DNA of 64,000 bases from the NCBI GenBank assembly GCA_963665325.3, contig OZ224045.1, positions 1,760,001 through 1,824,000 of the forward strand, written 5' to 3'. The notes below the pieces were generated by a model. The model was not told where the DNA came from. It ran no database searches and saw nothing but the letters and a program-made list of their open reading frames with translations. The position numbers and the translations under genes were made by a program. Origin of the DNA: Alphaproteobacteria bacterium (GTDB taxonomy: Bacteria > Pseudomonadota > Alphaproteobacteria > Bin95). Shown piece after piece: positions 1 to 11,546 of this stretch (positions are counted from its first letter, which is position 1; each line of letters opens with the position of its first letter).

Positions 1-1039
1 CCTGCATCCGGTCGAAATAGCTGCGCGGCTGCGCCGCCCCGCCGGGTGCGGGAATAGCGCGCACCACGCCGCCCTTCTCGATGCCGCGCTCGAAGATCGA
101 GAAGCCCGAGCCCCGAAATATCTCCGTCGCCTCGGCGATCTCGATGGGGTTGCGCAGGTCGGGCTTGTCGGAGCCGTATTTCAGCATGGCGTCGTCGAAG
201 CCGATGCGCGGGAAGGGCGGCGGCGTGACCTTGCGGCCCTCCGCAAATTCCTCGAACACACCGGCGAGCACCGGCTCGATGGCGGCGAACACGTCCTCCT
301 GCGTCACGAACGCCATCTCGAAGTCGAGCTGGTAGAACTCACCCGGCGAGCGGTCGGCGCGCGCGTCCTCGTCGCGGAAGCAGGGCGCGATCTGGAAGTA
401 GCGGTCGAAGCCCGCGATCATCAGCAGCTGCTTGAACTGCTGCGGCGCCTGCGGCAAGGCGTAGAAATTGCCCGGATGCAGCCGCGACGGCACCAGGAAG
501 TCGCGTGCACCCTCGGGGCTTTCCGCGGTCAGGATGGGCGTCTGGAACTCGCGGAAGTCCTGCTCGATCATGCGTCGGCGGATCGAGGAGATGATGTCCG
601 AGCGCAGCGCGATATTGCGCTGCATCTTGTCGCGGCGAAGGTCGAGGAAGCGGTAACGGAGCCGCACTTCCTCGCCATAGTCCTCGTCGCTGTTCACCTG
701 CAGCGGCAGCGGCTCGGCCGTGCCGAGCACGGCGATCTCGCGGATCGAAACCTCGACCTCGCCGGTCGGCAGCGACGGGTTCACCGTCTCGGCGTCGCGC
801 TCCACGCATTCACCGGTGATCGTCAGCACCGTTTCGTTGCGCGCCGCATCAAGTACCGAGAAGGTCTCCGCCCGGCTCGAGTCGATCACGCATTGCGTCA
901 GCCCGTAGCGGTCGCGCAGGTCCACGAACAGCAGGCTGCCATGGTCGCGCTTGCGGTGGACCCAGCCGGAGAGGCGGACGGTGCTTCCGACATCGGCGCT
1001 GCGCAGCGCGCCGCAATCGTGTGTGCGGTAGGGGTGCAT
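1..1039 (-). CDS. aspS: Aspartate--tRNA ligase (partial, runs off left edge)
   Basis: Minus strand from ATG 1039 reads [13 protein letters not shown]...[19 protein letters not shown]; also [23 protein letters not shown] and [12 protein letters not shown] motifs. Confidence 0.96.
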   Translation of the reverse strand, partial: MHPYRTHDCGALRSADVGSTVRLSGWVHRKRDHGSLLFVDLRDRYGLTQCVIDSSRAETFSVLDAARNETVLTITGECVERDAETVNPSLPTGEVEVSIREIAVLGTAEPLPLQVNSDEDYGEEVRLRYRFLDLRRDKMQRNIALRSDIISSIRRRMIEQDFREFQTPILTAESPEGARDFLVPSRLHPGNFYALPQAPQQFKQLLMIAGFDRYFQIAPCFRDEDARADRSPGEFYQLDFEMAFVTQEDVFAAIEPVLAGVFEEFAEGRKVTPPPFPRIGFDDAMLKYGSDKPDLRNPIEIAEATEIFRGSGFSIFERGIEKGGVVRAIPAPGGAAQPRSYFDRMQ

Positions 1040-1132
1040 GGGTTCTCGGGCTCGTATCGCAAAGGTGGCGGGGGAATGGAGTGAGCGGGGCTGGCTTGTC
1101 AAGCCGCGGGACCGGGCTTATGAGCCGGGACC

Positions 1133-2308
1133 ATGCCCTCCTCGACATTGCCGACCCCCGACCCGCGCCTCATCGAGGCCCAGGCGGACCTCGACGCATT
1201 CTGCGCCCGGTTGCAGGAAGCGGACTATGTGACGGTCGATACCGAGTTCATGCGGGATGCGACCTATTGGTCGAAACTCTGCCTGCTCCAGCTTGCGGAC
1301 GCGGAGCAGGCGCGGGCGGTGGACACACTGGCGCCCGGCCTGGACCTCGCGCCCGTCTGGCAGTTGCTGACCTCTCCGGTGCCGAAGGTCATGCACGCCG
1401 CGCGCCAGGACATCGAAATCTTCTTCCATATGGGCGGCGTCATCCCGGAGCCGCTGCTCGACACCCAGGTCGGCGCCATGGTCTGCGGCTTTGGCGACCA
1501 GGCGGCCTATGACACGCTGGTGAAACATTTTGCCGGCCGGCGGATCGACAAGCGCGCCCGCTTCGCGGATTGGGGGCGCCGCCCCCTTCCCGACCGGCAG
1601 ATCGACTATGCGCTTGCCGATGTGATCTGGCTGCGCGCGGTCTATGAGGGCCTCATGGCGGAACTCCGCCGCAACGACCGCGCCGACTGGGTGGTGGAGG
1701 AAGAGGCCGTGCTGCTGGACCCGGAGACCTACCGCCTCGACCCCGACCGGGCGTGGACGCGGCTGAAAACCCGAAGTACGGACCCGGCATACCTTGCGGT
1801 GGTGCGGGCAGTTGCGGCATGGCGCGAGCGCGAGGCGCAGCGGCTCGACCTGCCGCGCAATCGTGTCCTGCGCGACGACGCCCTGCTCGATGTCGCGGCC
1901 CAGGCCCCGGCGGATGCGGACGCGCTGGCCCATTGCCGGGGGGTCACGCAAGGCATGGCGGCCGGGCGGCTCGGCCCCGGCCTGCTGGCTGCCGTGGCGG
2001 AGGGCAGAGCCGTCTCGCCCGAAGACCGCCCGCAGCCGGCGCCGCAGAGGGAGCGGCCCAGGGGTGTCGGCCCTGCAATGGAACTGCTGCGCGTGCTGCT
2101 GAAGGCTCGGGTGGAGCATGAGGGCGTCGCGCAGAAGCTCGTCGCCAGCAGCGAGGACCTCGAAGACCTGGCGGCCGGAGCGGAAGATGGGCCCCTGCTG
2201 CAGGGCTGGCGCAGGGAGCTGTTCGGCGCGGATGCCCAGCGCCTGCTGCGCGGCGAACTGGCGCTGACGGTGAAGCGCGGCCGGGTAATCGTGTCAGAGC
2301 TCCCGTAA
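1133..2308 (+). CDS. rnd: Ribonuclease D
   Basis: VDTEFMR..Y..LCLLQ, HAARQD, LDTQV and YALADV DEDDy exonuclease motifs plus an HRDC-like region. Confidence 0.93.
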   Translation: MPSSTLPTPDPRLIEAQADLDAFCARLQEADYVTVDTEFMRDATYWSKLCLLQLADAEQARAVDTLAPGLDLAPVWQLLTSPVPKVMHAARQDIEIFFHMGGVIPEPLLDTQVGAMVCGFGDQAAYDTLVKHFAGRRIDKRARFADWGRRPLPDRQIDYALADVIWLRAVYEGLMAELRRNDRADWVVEEEAVLLDPETYRLDPDRAWTRLKTRSTDPAYLAVVRAVAAWREREAQRLDLPRNRVLRDDALLDVAAQAPADADALAHCRGVTQGMAAGRLGPGLLAAVAEGRAVSPEDRPQPAPQRERPRGVGPAMELLRVLLKARVEHEGVAQKLVASSEDLEDLAAGAEDGPLLQGWRRELFGADAQRLLRGELALTVKRGRVIVSELP

Positions 2309-3754
2309 GTCCGGAGAAAGGTCGAGGGCCGCAGCGAGCGCGGCGAGCCGGCGTTCGACTTCCGGGCTCATGAAATCGGGATGGACGAAGAGCGCCAGGG
2401 ATTCCGCCTCGCGCCGCAGCCGGGCTTCCGCGATCCCCGGCGCCAGCGTCATGGCCAGGCGTAGCGCGAGACCGATCGACAAGGCCCGGTTGCGGGCGTC
2501 CTCTTCGGTCAGCGTCCACGCCGGTTTCGTCCAGCCCTGGTCGATGCGCCCGTCGTAGCGCGCCGCCAGCACGAGCCCGAGAAAGGCGCGCTCCGCATGT
2601 TCGATGGCCACGGCCTGGAGCCGGAACGCCCGCATGAAGGCGTGCTCGGCCCGGTAGGAGGGATGCTCCATGCCGGCGATGTCGACGAGCCGGCAGGCCG
2701 CCTTCGCGATACGTTCATCCGCCGGTGAAAGGCCGAGGCCGAGCGCCGAGACCCAGGCCATGAGGGAACCAGGTGTCATGCGCTGGCGGGCGCCGCTGCG
2801 GCCGATGCGGGTGCAGGCGGTGAGCAGGGGGTCCCGCTTGCCGGGCTTCGTGCGCCGGCTGTGCAGCATCAGCCCTTCGCGCAGTCCGGCGCTGGAAAAG
2901 ACGACCCGCTCCGGGACGATGCGGTCGACAAGCTGCAGCATGATCTCGGCGGCGGCCGGCAGGTGCGGCCGGCGCCGGCTGGACACCTGCGTAAGCTCGG
3001 CGAGGCTGCTGTCGCTCATCCGGGTCAGCATGGCGCAGAAGTCGCGCGCCTCGCGGGCCGGCACCGCAAATTGGTGGACGATATCCAGCGGATGGCGGCT
3101 GTGGCTGAGGTAGAGCCGCGCCCAGGCCCGCCAGGAGCCGCCGATGCAATAGAGGCTGCCCGGCGGGTCCGACGGTTGCAGCCAGTCCGTGCGGTCGAGG
3201 CTGGCGGCGACATGCCGGGCGAGGTCCTTGCGGCTTCCTATATCGGCGAGGCGCAGCACGCCCAGCGGAAAGCTGTCGCTGTCGGCGGCGCGCATGTTCG
3301 CGACGCGCACGAGTTCGAGGCTGCCGCCGCCGAGGTCGCCGACGACGCCGGTCGCATCAGGAATGGCCCCCAGAACGCCGCGCGCGCCCGCCATGGCCTC
3401 GTCGGCGCCGCTCAATATCTCGATTTTCCGCTCGCTGATCCGCTCGAGATGGCGCGCGAATTCGGCGCCGTCGCTGGCATCCCGGATCGCCGCCGTCGCA
3501 TAGGCCTCCAGCCTGTCGACATCGAGCAGGGTTGCGACATTGATGAACCGCTGGAACGCCTGCTCCGCGAGCCTGCGCCCTTCCGGGTTGAGCTTGCCGG
3601 TCCGGTTGAGATCGGCTGCGAGCCGGCAGGTCGCTTTATCGTTGAAGAGCGGGCGAAAGCTGTCCGGCCGGCTGCCATAGACCACCAGCCGTACCGAGTT
3701 GGAGCCGATATCGACAATGCCGACCCGTCTGGCGGCCCGCGTCTGCTGCAACAT
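2294..3754 (-). CDS. ppx: Ppx/GppA exopolyphosphatase
   Basis: IVDIGSNSVRLVV, ATAAIRDA, DLGGGSLEL and GLREG motifs; downstream of ppk1. Confidence 0.93.
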   Translation of the reverse strand: MLQQTRAARRVGIVDIGSNSVRLVVYGSRPDSFRPLFNDKATCRLAADLNRTGKLNPEGRRLAEQAFQRFINVATLLDVDRLEAYATAAIRDASDGAEFARHLERISERKIEILSGADEAMAGARGVLGAIPDATGVVGDLGGGSLELVRVANMRAADSDSFPLGVLRLADIGSRKDLARHVAASLDRTDWLQPSDPPGSLYCIGGSWRAWARLYLSHSRHPLDIVHQFAVPAREARDFCAMLTRMSDSSLAELTQVSSRRRPHLPAAAEIMLQLVDRIVPERVVFSSAGLREGLMLHSRRTKPGKRDPLLTACTRIGRSGARQRMTPGSLMAWVSALGLGLSPADERIAKAACRLVDIAGMEHPSYRAEHAFMRAFRLQAVAIEHAERAFLGLVLAARYDGRIDQGWTKPAWTLTEEDARNRALSIGLALRLAMTLAPGIAEARLRREAESLALFVHPDFMSPEVERRLAALAAALDLSPDLREL

Positions 3755-3771
3755 GCGGTGCGCTTGCCGGC

Positions 3772-5913
3772 CTAGATGGGAGCGGGCAGGGGTTCGGGCT
3801 TCTTGGCCGAACGCTCAATGGCGCTACCGCGACCGGAGAGGCTCGGGTTCGTCATGAAATACTGGTGCGCGGAGAAGGGAGCTGGGCCCGCCTCCACGCG
3901 GGTATAACTGCCGTCCGGGCCGAGCAGCCAGCTCTGCGCCGTATCGTTGAGATTGGCGACCATGATCTGGTCCAGTATCTGGCGGTGGACGGTGGGGTTC
4001 TCGACCGGCACGAATGCCTCGACGCGGCGGTAGAGGTTGCGCGGCATCCAGTCGGCGGACCCGATGAACACCCTGGCTCGCGGTGACGGCAGGCCGTGGC
4101 CGGCTCCGAAGCAGGCGATGCGCGCATGTTCGAGAAAGCGTCCGACGATGCTCTTGACCCGGATGTTCTCCGAGAGGTTGGGAACGCCCGGCCGGAGGCA
4201 GCAGATGCCGCGCACGACCAGGTCGATCTCGACGCCGGCGGCCGATGCGCGGTAGAGCGCGTCGACGACCTCGGGATCGACGAGCGAGTTCATCTTGGCC
4301 CAGATCTGCGCCGGACGGCCTGCCTTGGCGTGGCCGATTTCCTCTTCGATAAGCGCAAGCAGCCTGGGTGCGAGCGTCAGGGGCGAGACGGCGATCTTGT
4401 CGAAACGCTCCGGCTCCGCGTAGCCAGTGGTGTAGTTGAACAGCCGCGTGGCGTCGCTGCACAGGTCCCCGTCGGTGGTGAAGAAGGACAGGTCCGTGTA
4501 GATGCGCGCATTGACCGGGTGGTAGTTGCCGGTGCCGTAATGGGCGTAGCTGCGAAGCCCGTCGGCCTCGCGGCGGACCACCAGCGAGAGCTTGCAGTGC
4601 GTCTTGAGGTCGATGAAGCCGTAAACCACGAGCGCGCCGGCGCGCTCCAGGTTCCGCGCCCAGCGGATATTGGCCTCTTCGTCGAAGCGCGCCTTGAGCT
4701 CCACCAGCGCGGTGACCGACTTGCCCGCCTCCGCCGCCTCGATGAGCGCATCCACGATGGGCGACTCCTCCGAGGTCCGGTAGAGCGTCTGCTTGATCGC
4801 CACCACGTCCGGGTCGCGCGCCGCCTGGCGCAGGAAGCGCACCACGACATCGAAGCTCTCATAGGGATGGTGGACGACGATGTCCTTGGCGCGGATGGCG
4901 GCGAAACAATCGCCGCCGAAATCGCGGATACGCTCCGGGAAGCGCGCTTCGAAGGGCTGGAACAGGAGGTCGGGCCGCCGCCCGTCTATGAGTTGGTCCA
5001 GGTCGCCGAGGCCGACCGGGCCTTCGAGGGTGAACACATCGGCGATCTCGGCGTCGAGCCGCCGGGTCAGCGCCAGCGCCAGGGCCTGCGGCATGCTCGC
5101 GGCGATCGACAGCTGGACGACATTGCCGCGCCGCCGCCGCCGTAACGCCGATTCGAACAGCCGGACCAGGTCCTCGGCTTCCTCCTCGATCTCCATCTCG
5201 CTGTCGCGGATCACGCGGTAGCTTCCGGCTCCCCGCAGTTCGAACCCGGGGAAGAGGTGCCCCAGGAACAGCGCCACCATGTCCTCGATGGCCAGATAGC
5301 GCCGGGCCGGGCCGGGCAGGGCGACGAACCGGTCGAGCATGCCGGGAATCGGCACCAGGGCCTCGAATTCGCGCCCGTCCTCCCGGTAGTACAGGTCCAC
5401 GGCCAAGCCGAAGCCGGAATTGGGAATGAAGGGGAAGGGGTGCGCCGGATCGACCGTAAGCGGCGTCAGCACCGGGAACACGTCGCTCAAGAAATAGGCT
5501 TCGAGCCAGCTGCGGTCTTCATCGGAGAGGGTGCGGTCGTCCACCAGGTCGATGCCGGCCCTGCGCAGTTCGAGCATGAGGCGCCGCCAGCAGGCCTGTT
5601 GGCCGGCCACAAGCTCCCGTGCGCGGCTGTCGACCGCCTCGAGCTGCTGCGCCGGCGTCAGCCCGTCGGCGCTCGGCGTGCGCACGCCCGCGGTTTCCTG
5701 GCCCTTCAGGCCGGCCACGCGCACCATGTAGAATTCGTCGAGATTCTGGGCGGAGATCGACAGAAAGCGCAGGCGCTCCAGAAGCGGGTGGGCCGGGTTC
5801 GACGCCTCTTCCAGCACCCGCTCGTTGAAGGCCAGCCAGGAAACCTCGCGGTTGATGAACCGCGCCGGCGAGTCCAAGCCGGACCAGTCGAATGCGCCTC
5901 CGTCTATCGGCAT
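3772..5913 (-). CDS. ppk1: Polyphosphate kinase 1
   Basis: [32 protein letters not shown] and GRFLEHAR motifs; start approximate. Confidence 0.96.
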   Translation of the reverse strand: MPIDGGAFDWSGLDSPARFINREVSWLAFNERVLEEASNPAHPLLERLRFLSISAQNLDEFYMVRVAGLKGQETAGVRTPSADGLTPAQQLEAVDSRARELVAGQQACWRRLMLELRRAGIDLVDDRTLSDEDRSWLEAYFLSDVFPVLTPLTVDPAHPFPFIPNSGFGLAVDLYYREDGREFEALVPIPGMLDRFVALPGPARRYLAIEDMVALFLGHLFPGFELRGAGSYRVIRDSEMEIEEEAEDLVRLFESALRRRRRGNVVQLSIAASMPQALALALTRRLDAEIADVFTLEGPVGLGDLDQLIDGRRPDLLFQPFEARFPERIRDFGGDCFAAIRAKDIVVHHPYESFDVVVRFLRQAARDPDVVAIKQTLYRTSEESPIVDALIEAAEAGKSVTALVELKARFDEEANIRWARNLERAGALVVYGFIDLKTHCKLSLVVRREADGLRSYAHYGTGNYHPVNARIYTDLSFFTTDGDLCSDATRLFNYTTGYAEPERFDKIAVSPLTLAPRLLALIEEEIGHAKAGRPAQIWAKMNSLVDPEVVDALYRASAAGVEIDLVVRGICCLRPGVPNLSENIRVKSIVGRFLEHARIACFGAGHGLPSPRARVFIGSADWMPRNLYRRVEAFVPVENPTVHRQILDQIMVANLNDTAQSWLLGPDGSYTRVEAGPAPFSAHQYFMTNPSLSGRGSAIERSAKKPEPLPAPI

Positions 5914-6119
5914 GGCGGCATGCGGCTCCTTTGCGACCCCGCGCGGCGGACAATCCGCGCTTCGCACGTCTCCGGCAGCGCGGAAACTTGCGGCGTTTAT
6001 ACACCAACTCGCGAGCGGAAGCGCCCGGCGACATGCGTGCCGCCCTGCGCCTCGGCATCGGTAGCGTTCGCGCGCGCCGTGGGCTAGCTTGTGCGCGTCG
6101 ATCCGATTGGAATAATGGT

Positions 6120-7136
6120 ATGGCGGGTGTCTCTAGGGCCAACGGCCACCGCTTCAAGGGTTTGCAGACGACCGAGAGCGGCGTGCCGGAGAAGCTGCGG
6201 CCGGACCCGGACAAATGGCCCTTCGACCTCGACGAGGCACTGGGAGCGGTGTTCGCTTATCACGCCGATATCCCGGAGGAAGCCTTTACCGCCTCGACGC
6301 TCGGGCAGGAGCGCGAGGGCAATGCCGTCCTGATCGACGACAAGGGCTATTTGCTGACTATCGGCTACCTGGCGACGGAAGCCGACGAGGTGACCCTGAC
6401 CGATGTCGAGGGAACGCAATTCCCCGCCCGTGTGGTCGGCTACGACCAGGTGACGGGCCTCGGCCTGCTCCGCGCCGACGGGCCGCTGGACCGCCGGCCG
6501 GTGACGCTCGGCAGCGTGGACGAATTGCGCGTGGGCGACGAGGCCATTGCGGCCGCGGGTGGCGGCCTCGACGTCGCCATGGTGGTGTCTGTGGTCTCGA
6601 AGCGGGAGTTCGCGGGCTACTGGGAATACCTGCTTGACGAGGCGGTGTTCACCTCTCCGCCGCATCCCCGCTGGAGCGGCGCGGCGCTGATGTCCCGGCA
6701 GGGCGTGCTGGTGGCGATCGGCTCGCTCTATGTGCAGGACAGCCTGCCGGGAGAGCAGACGCGGCCCGGCAACATGTTCGTGCCCGTCGAGCTGCTGCAC
6801 CCGATCTTCGAGGAGCTGGCCGCCTCGGGCCATGCTGCGCGCCCGCCGCGTCCCTGGCTCGGCATGTTCGGCGCCGAGGTCGAGGACCGGGTGGTCATAG
6901 CCGGCCTCACCGATGACGGGCCGGCCGACGATGCCGGGCTCAAGGTCGGCGACCTGGTGCTGGGTGTTGCCGGCGAGCCTGTCGGGGGGCTGTCGGACTT
7001 CTACCGCGCCGTATGGGCGCTCGGGCCGGCCGGAGTGGAAGTGCCGCTGGATGTCTATCGCGACGGGGAACTGGTCCATGTCGCAGTGCATTCGGCCGAC
7101 CGCCGCTCCTTCCTGAAAACTCCCAACCGACACTGA
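6120..7136 (+). CDS. S1C (HtrA-like) serine protease with PDZ domain
   Basis: Trypsin-like N-terminus ([27 protein letters not shown]) and C-terminal PDZ (WLGMF...[17 protein letters not shown]); start approximate. Confidence 0.85.
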   Translation: MAGVSRANGHRFKGLQTTESGVPEKLRPDPDKWPFDLDEALGAVFAYHADIPEEAFTASTLGQEREGNAVLIDDKGYLLTIGYLATEADEVTLTDVEGTQFPARVVGYDQVTGLGLLRADGPLDRRPVTLGSVDELRVGDEAIAAAGGGLDVAMVVSVVSKREFAGYWEYLLDEAVFTSPPHPRWSGAALMSRQGVLVAIGSLYVQDSLPGEQTRPGNMFVPVELLHPIFEELAASGHAARPPRPWLGMFGAEVEDRVVIAGLTDDGPADDAGLKVGDLVLGVAGEPVGGLSDFYRAVWALGPAGVEVPLDVYRDGELVHVAVHSADRRSFLKTPNRH

Positions 7137-7149
7137 CCGGGTTTCGGGG

Positions 7150-7557
7150 ATGAATGAATCGGAACGCATATACCTGCTGGAACGCCTTGAGCGCCTGGGC
7201 GCGGAGGACGATGCAGACGCGCTGCAGGCGGCGCGGGAACTCGCCGCGCGGGTTTCGGACGGCGGTCTCGACTGGGACGACCTGATCGCCCCGGAGGACC
7301 CGCCGGAAGACGATTTCGCCTCGGACGACTTCGACCTCGAAGAAGGCGGCGAAGACGAGGTGGAAGACGGTCCGCCGCTCGAGGGCGACGGCTCGGCCGA
7401 GATGCAGCTCCTGCAGAAGCTGCTGGAGCGCAAGGGCAATTCGCGCGCGTTGAAGGAGGAACTTCAGGAGATCCGCCGGGACGCGGCCAGCGAAGGGTTG
7501 TCGGATTTGGACCGCCGGTACCTCCAGGCGCTTGCGAAGCGGCTATCCGTCAGGTGA
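7150..7557 (+). CDS. Hypothetical acidic protein
   Basis: 135-aa ORF co-oriented directly after the protease, with protein-like composition. Confidence 0.7.
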   Translation: MNESERIYLLERLERLGAEDDADALQAARELAARVSDGGLDWDDLIAPEDPPEDDFASDDFDLEEGGEDEVEDGPPLEGDGSAEMQLLQKLLERKGNSRALKEELQEIRRDAASEGLSDLDRRYLQALAKRLSVR

Positions 7558-8265
7558 CGCCCCTGCGGGGGTAGCGGGCGCGACATCGGCGGCGGCGGGG
7601 CCGAGCTGCTTTACGAGCCCGTCGATACGGTTCCGCACCGACCCGAGCCAGGCGGCGTCGGCCCCGGAGGCGGCCTCCAGGCCGCGCCAGAGCGCCAGCG
7701 CACCCGTCTCGTCGCCCGATTGCAGGCGTTCGAGCGCCAGATAGTGCCAGGCCTTCGGGTGCCCGGCCTCCCTCCCGAGCGCCGCGCGGAAGGCGGCCTG
7801 CGCCTCCGGCGTGACGATGCCGGCCGACGCTGCGGCCCGCGCTTCGCCGTAATCCGCCAGAAGACCCGCCGGGGCGCCGTCGAGGCCGCCCTCCGCCTGC
7901 ACGGCCCGGGCGAGCGCGTTTGCGGTTTCCTCCGTCCGCCCGAGGCCGCGCCAGGCCGCAGCCAGCACCCGCCAGCCGCGCGCGTCGTCAGGCGCCGTTT
8001 CGAGACGCGCTTCGAGATCGCTGGTTAGACGGAGCAGCTCGGCATGCTGCCTGGTTTCCACATCCCGCGCGCTGAGGGGCATGCCCGGCAGGCCAGGCTG
8101 GCCGATCCAGACATAGAGCGCGAATGCAAGGACGGCCGGCGCAGCGGCAAGCGCCGCGGCCGGCAGGGCGCCCATGCCCGCCCGCGCCAGCGGCCGCAGC
8201 ACCAGCAGGGCCGCCCCTGCCGCCAGCGCGCCGACCGCTGCCCAAAGCCAGATTTCGCCGCTCAC
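7543..8265 (-). CDS. ccmI: Cytochrome c biogenesis TPR protein (CcmI/CycH-like)
   Basis: Two TM helices, LYxxIGxP motif and TPR-like repeats; last gene of the ccm operon. Confidence 0.8.
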   Translation of the reverse strand: MSGEIWLWAAVGALAAGAALLVLRPLARAGMGALPAAALAAAPAVLAFALYVWIGQPGLPGMPLSARDVETRQHAELLRLTSDLEARLETAPDDARGWRVLAAAWRGLGRTEETANALARAVQAEGGLDGAPAGLLADYGEARAAASAGIVTPEAQAAFRAALGREAGHPKAWHYLALERLQSGDETGALALWRGLEAASGADAAWLGSVRNRIDGLVKQLGPAAADVAPATPAGASPDG

Positions 8266-8657
8266 TCCCGCCGCCTGAAATAGCGCAGCGCCAGCAGCGC
8301 CGCGATGGCGGCAAAGCCGGCCGGCGCGAACCAGAGCACCCAGGTTGCCGGCTTCAGCGGCGGCTCCAGCAGCACATAGTCGCCGTATCGGTGCGTCAGA
8401 TAGGCGAGCGCCTCCTCGTCGCTGTCGCCGGCCAGCAGCCTTGCGCGCAGCGACCGGCGCAGGTCCCTGGCGAGGTCGGCGCCCGAATCGTCTATCGACT
8501 GGTTCTGGCAGACCACGCAGCGTAGTGTCTTGGCGAGCGTGCGGGCGCGCGCCTCCAGGGCCGGGTCCGCGAGCATTTCGCTGGCGTCGAGGGCCGCCAT
8601 GGCCGGTGCGGATGCCAGCGTCAGCAGGAACGCCAGCATTGCCGCTGCCCGCGTCAC
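8262..8657 (-). CDS. ccmH: Cytochrome c biogenesis protein CcmH/CycL
   Basis: LRCVVCQNQSIDDS and RYGDYVLLEP; GTG start overlaps the ccmG stop. Confidence 0.93.
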   Translation of the reverse strand: MTRAAAMLAFLLTLASAPAMAALDASEMLADPALEARARTLAKTLRCVVCQNQSIDDSGADLARDLRRSLRARLLAGDSDEEALAYLTHRYGDYVLLEPPLKPATWVLWFAPAGFAAIAALLALRYFRRRE

Positions 8658-9151
8658 CGCCCGAGCGCCGGGAGCAGGTCGAGGCGCACGGCGTCGGGTG
8701 TCAGCGGACCGGTATGCTTGAAGACGACCGCGCCCTCGGCGTCGAGCACGAAGGTCTCCGGCACGCCCGTCACGCCCCACTCGACGCCGGCCCGGCCGTC
8801 CTCGTCGAAACCGATCCGGCGGTAGGGATTGCCGAGTTCGGCGAGGAAGGCGTTCGCGGCCTCGGGCTTGTCCTTGTAGGCGACGCCATAGATGACGACG
8901 CCTTCCTCCTCCGCCAGCTGGGTCAGCAGCGGATGCTCCGCGCGGCAGGGCACGCACCAGGACGCGAAGATGTTGAGCAGCGCCGGGCCCTCGAGATCGG
9001 CGGTCGCGAGGCCATCGACGGCGAAAACCGGCGCCGGGCGCCCGACCAGAGGGGAGGGAACGCGGGAAGGGTCGCCGCCGAGGCCTACATACAGATAGGC
9101 GCCGAGCGCGGCGAACACCGCCAGTGGCAACAGGAACAGCAGGCGTCGCAT
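8654..9151 (-). CDS. ccmG: Thiol:disulfide interchange protein CcmG/DsbE
   Basis: NIFASWCVPCRAEHP and GVTGVPETF; C-terminal part of ORF 8654..11305. Confidence 0.93.
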   Translation of the reverse strand: MRRLLFLLPLAVFAALGAYLYVGLGGDPSRVPSPLVGRPAPVFAVDGLATADLEGPALLNIFASWCVPCRAEHPLLTQLAEEEGVVIYGVAYKDKPEAANAFLAELGNPYRRIGFDEDGRAGVEWGVTGVPETFVLDAEGAVVFKHTGPLTPDAVRLDLLPALGR

Positions 9152-11118
9152 CAGGCCGCTGCCGGTTGTCGCCGCCGGCGCGCCGCCGGCGCGGCCAGCC
9201 GCAGGCGGCGGTCGCTCAGCGAAATCAGGGCGCCGAAGGCCATGACGATCGCGCCGATCCAGATCCACGGCACCAGCGGGTTGTGGTAGAGGCGCACCGT
9301 GCGGCCCGCCTGCGCATCTTCCTCGCCGATCACCGCATAGAGGTCGGCAAAGAGGGTGGTGCGGATCGCGGCTTCGGTCGTGTGCTGGCGCTCGACGGGA
9401 TAGAAGCGCCGCTCGGGGGTGAGCACGGCCGCCGGTGCGCCGTCCCGCAGCACCGAGAGCATCGCCCGTTCGGCCCGATAGTTCGGCCCTTGGACCTCGG
9501 AGACGCCGTCGAAGCGGATTGCGTAGCCGGCGATCCGGGCCTTGTCGCCGGGCTTCATGGCGAGGATGAGTTCGGACTGGAAGCACTGCGACGCGGTAAT
9601 GCCGGCGACGACGATGGCGACGCCCAGATGCGCAAGGCCGCCGCCCCAGGCGGCGCGCGGCATGGAACGCGCGCGCCGCCAAGCCTCCCCTGCGGGCGCA
9701 CGGCCGAGGCGCAGGCGTTCCGACCACTCGACGAGCGCGCCCAGGCCGATCCAGGCAGCGGCGCCCAGCCCGAGCGCGGCGAGCGTCTCTCCGTAGGCGA
9801 GCGTTGCGCCTGCGGCGAGGGCGGCCCCCAGGGCCGCCAGCCAGAGCCGCCCCAGCGCGCCGGCAAGGTCGCCGCGCTTCCAGGCGAGCATCGGTCCGAT
9901 CGCCATTGCGACCAGCGCCGGGGCGATCAGCGGCACGAAGGTTGCGGCGAAATAGGGAGGCCCGACCGAGACCTTGCCCGCATCGAAGGCGTCTAGAAAC
10001 AGGGGGTAGAGCGTTCCGAGCAGCACCGTTGCGCAGGCGGTGACCAGCACGAGATTGTTCAGCAGCAGCGCGCCTTCCCGCGAGATAGGACGGAACGGAA
10101 CGCCCGTGCCGAGCGCCGGCGCCCGCCAGGCGTAGAGGGCGAGCGCACCACCCGTGGCGATGCCCAGCAGCAGGAGGATGAAGACGCCGCGCTCGGGATC
10201 GGTCGCGAAAGCATGCACCGATGTCAGCACGCCCGAGCGGACCAGGAAGGTGCCGAGCAGGCTCAGCGAAAAGGCGACGATGGCAAGCAGCACGGTCCAG
10301 GATCTGAGCGCCTGGCGCCGCTCGGCCGCGATTGCCGAATGCAGAAGCGCCGTCGCTGCCAGCCAGGGCATGAAGGAGGCGTTTTCCACCGGGTCCCAGA
10401 ACCAGAACCCGCCCCAGCCGAGCTCGTAATAGGCCCACCAGCTTCCAAGCGCGATGCCTGCGGTCAGGCCCGCCCAGGCCGCCAGCGTCCAGGGGCGCAC
10501 CCAGCGCGCCCAGGCCCGGTCCACCCGGCCTTCCAGCAGGGCCGCGACGGCGAAGGAGAACGCCACCGACAGCCCGACATAGCCGAAATAGAGAAGCGGC
10601 GGATGGAAAGCGAGGCCGGGGTCCTGCAGGAGCGGGTTCAGGCCCGCGCCGTCCAGCGGCGGCGGCCAGACGCGCGCGAATGGGTTGGAGGTGAGCAGCG
10701 TGAAAGCCAGGAAGCCCGAACCGATCATCGCCTGGACGGCCAGCACGCGGGCCTGGAGGGTCTTGCGCAGGCCGCTGCCGAACACGGCGACCATTGCGCC
10801 GAACAGCGTCAGGATCAGAATCCAGAGCAGCAGAGATCCTTCGTGGTTTCCCCACACCCCGGTCAGGCGATAGAGCAGCGGCTTGAGCGAATGGGAGTTC
10901 TGCGCCACCGCCGAGACCGAGAAGTCCGAGAAGACATACGCCCTGGTGAGCGCGCCGAACGCGATAGCGGCGAGGAGGAATTGCCCGAGCGCCGTATGCC
11001 TGGCGAGCTCCATCAGCGCCGGCCTGCCCCTGGCGGCCCCGTAAAGCGGCAGTACCGCCTGCAACAGGGCCAGGCCCAGCGCAAGCGCGAGCGCGAAATT
11101 GCCAAGTTCCGCGGTCAC
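9151..11118 (-). CDS. ccmF: Heme lyase CcmF
   Basis: WGNHEGS, HPPLLY, WAYYELGWGGFWFWDPVEN and SVHAF motifs. Confidence 0.97.
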   Translation of the reverse strand: MTAELGNFALALALGLALLQAVLPLYGAARGRPALMELARHTALGQFLLAAIAFGALTRAYVFSDFSVSAVAQNSHSLKPLLYRLTGVWGNHEGSLLLWILILTLFGAMVAVFGSGLRKTLQARVLAVQAMIGSGFLAFTLLTSNPFARVWPPPLDGAGLNPLLQDPGLAFHPPLLYFGYVGLSVAFSFAVAALLEGRVDRAWARWVRPWTLAAWAGLTAGIALGSWWAYYELGWGGFWFWDPVENASFMPWLAATALLHSAIAAERRQALRSWTVLLAIVAFSLSLLGTFLVRSGVLTSVHAFATDPERGVFILLLLGIATGGALALYAWRAPALGTGVPFRPISREGALLLNNLVLVTACATVLLGTLYPLFLDAFDAGKVSVGPPYFAATFVPLIAPALVAMAIGPMLAWKRGDLAGALGRLWLAALGAALAAGATLAYGETLAALGLGAAAWIGLGALVEWSERLRLGRAPAGEAWRRARSMPRAAWGGGLAHLGVAIVVAGITASQCFQSELILAMKPGDKARIAGYAIRFDGVSEVQGPNYRAERAMLSVLRDGAPAAVLTPERRFYPVERQHTTEAAIRTTLFADLYAVIGEEDAQAGRTVRLYHNPLVPWIWIGAIVMAFGALISLSDRRLRLAAPAARRRRQPAAA

Positions 11119-11546
11119 GACCCGTCCGCCTTCCCTGCGCGGCGCAGCGCCTCCGCAGCTTCTGGCGGCATGTAGTTCTCGTCGTGCTTGGCGAGGATTT
11201 GCGTTGCCCGGAAGGCTCGGCCACCGTCCAGGGCACCCATCGCCACGATGCCCTGTCCCTCCCGAAACAGGTCCGGCAGCAGCCCGGTATAGTGGACGGT
11301 GACACCGTGCGCGCCGTCCACGACCCGGAAGCTGACGGATGTGCCGGACCGTTTTAGCGACCCCTCTTCCACCAGCCCTCCGAGGCGGAACTCGCGGCCG
11401 GACGCGACCGCCCCGGCCGCAATCTCACTCGGTGAGTGGAAGAAACGCATCGTGTCGTCGAGCGCTGTCAGGGCCAGCGCCGCGGCCCCTCCCAGAAGTG
11501 CGAGTGCTGCGGCCAGCAGGGCAAGGCGCCGACGCTTAGGACGCAT
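11115..11546 (-). CDS. ccmE: Heme chaperone CcmE
   Basis: RLGGLV, YTGLLPDLFREGQG and LAKHDENYMPPE motifs. Confidence 0.95.
   Translation of the reverse strand: MRPKRRRLALLAAALALLGGAAALALTALDDTMRFFHSPSEIAAGAVASGREFRLGGLVEEGSLKRSGTSVSFRVVDGAHGVTVHYTGLLPDLFREGQGIVAMGALDGGRAFRATQILAKHDENYMPPEAAEALRRAGKADGS

Noticed and set aside
8654-11305. 883-aa ORF suggesting a CcmG fusion; likewise 15302..17854 and 61199..63211
   Set aside because: Only the C-terminal parts are real genes; the upstream parts overlap other genes in another frame or strand.
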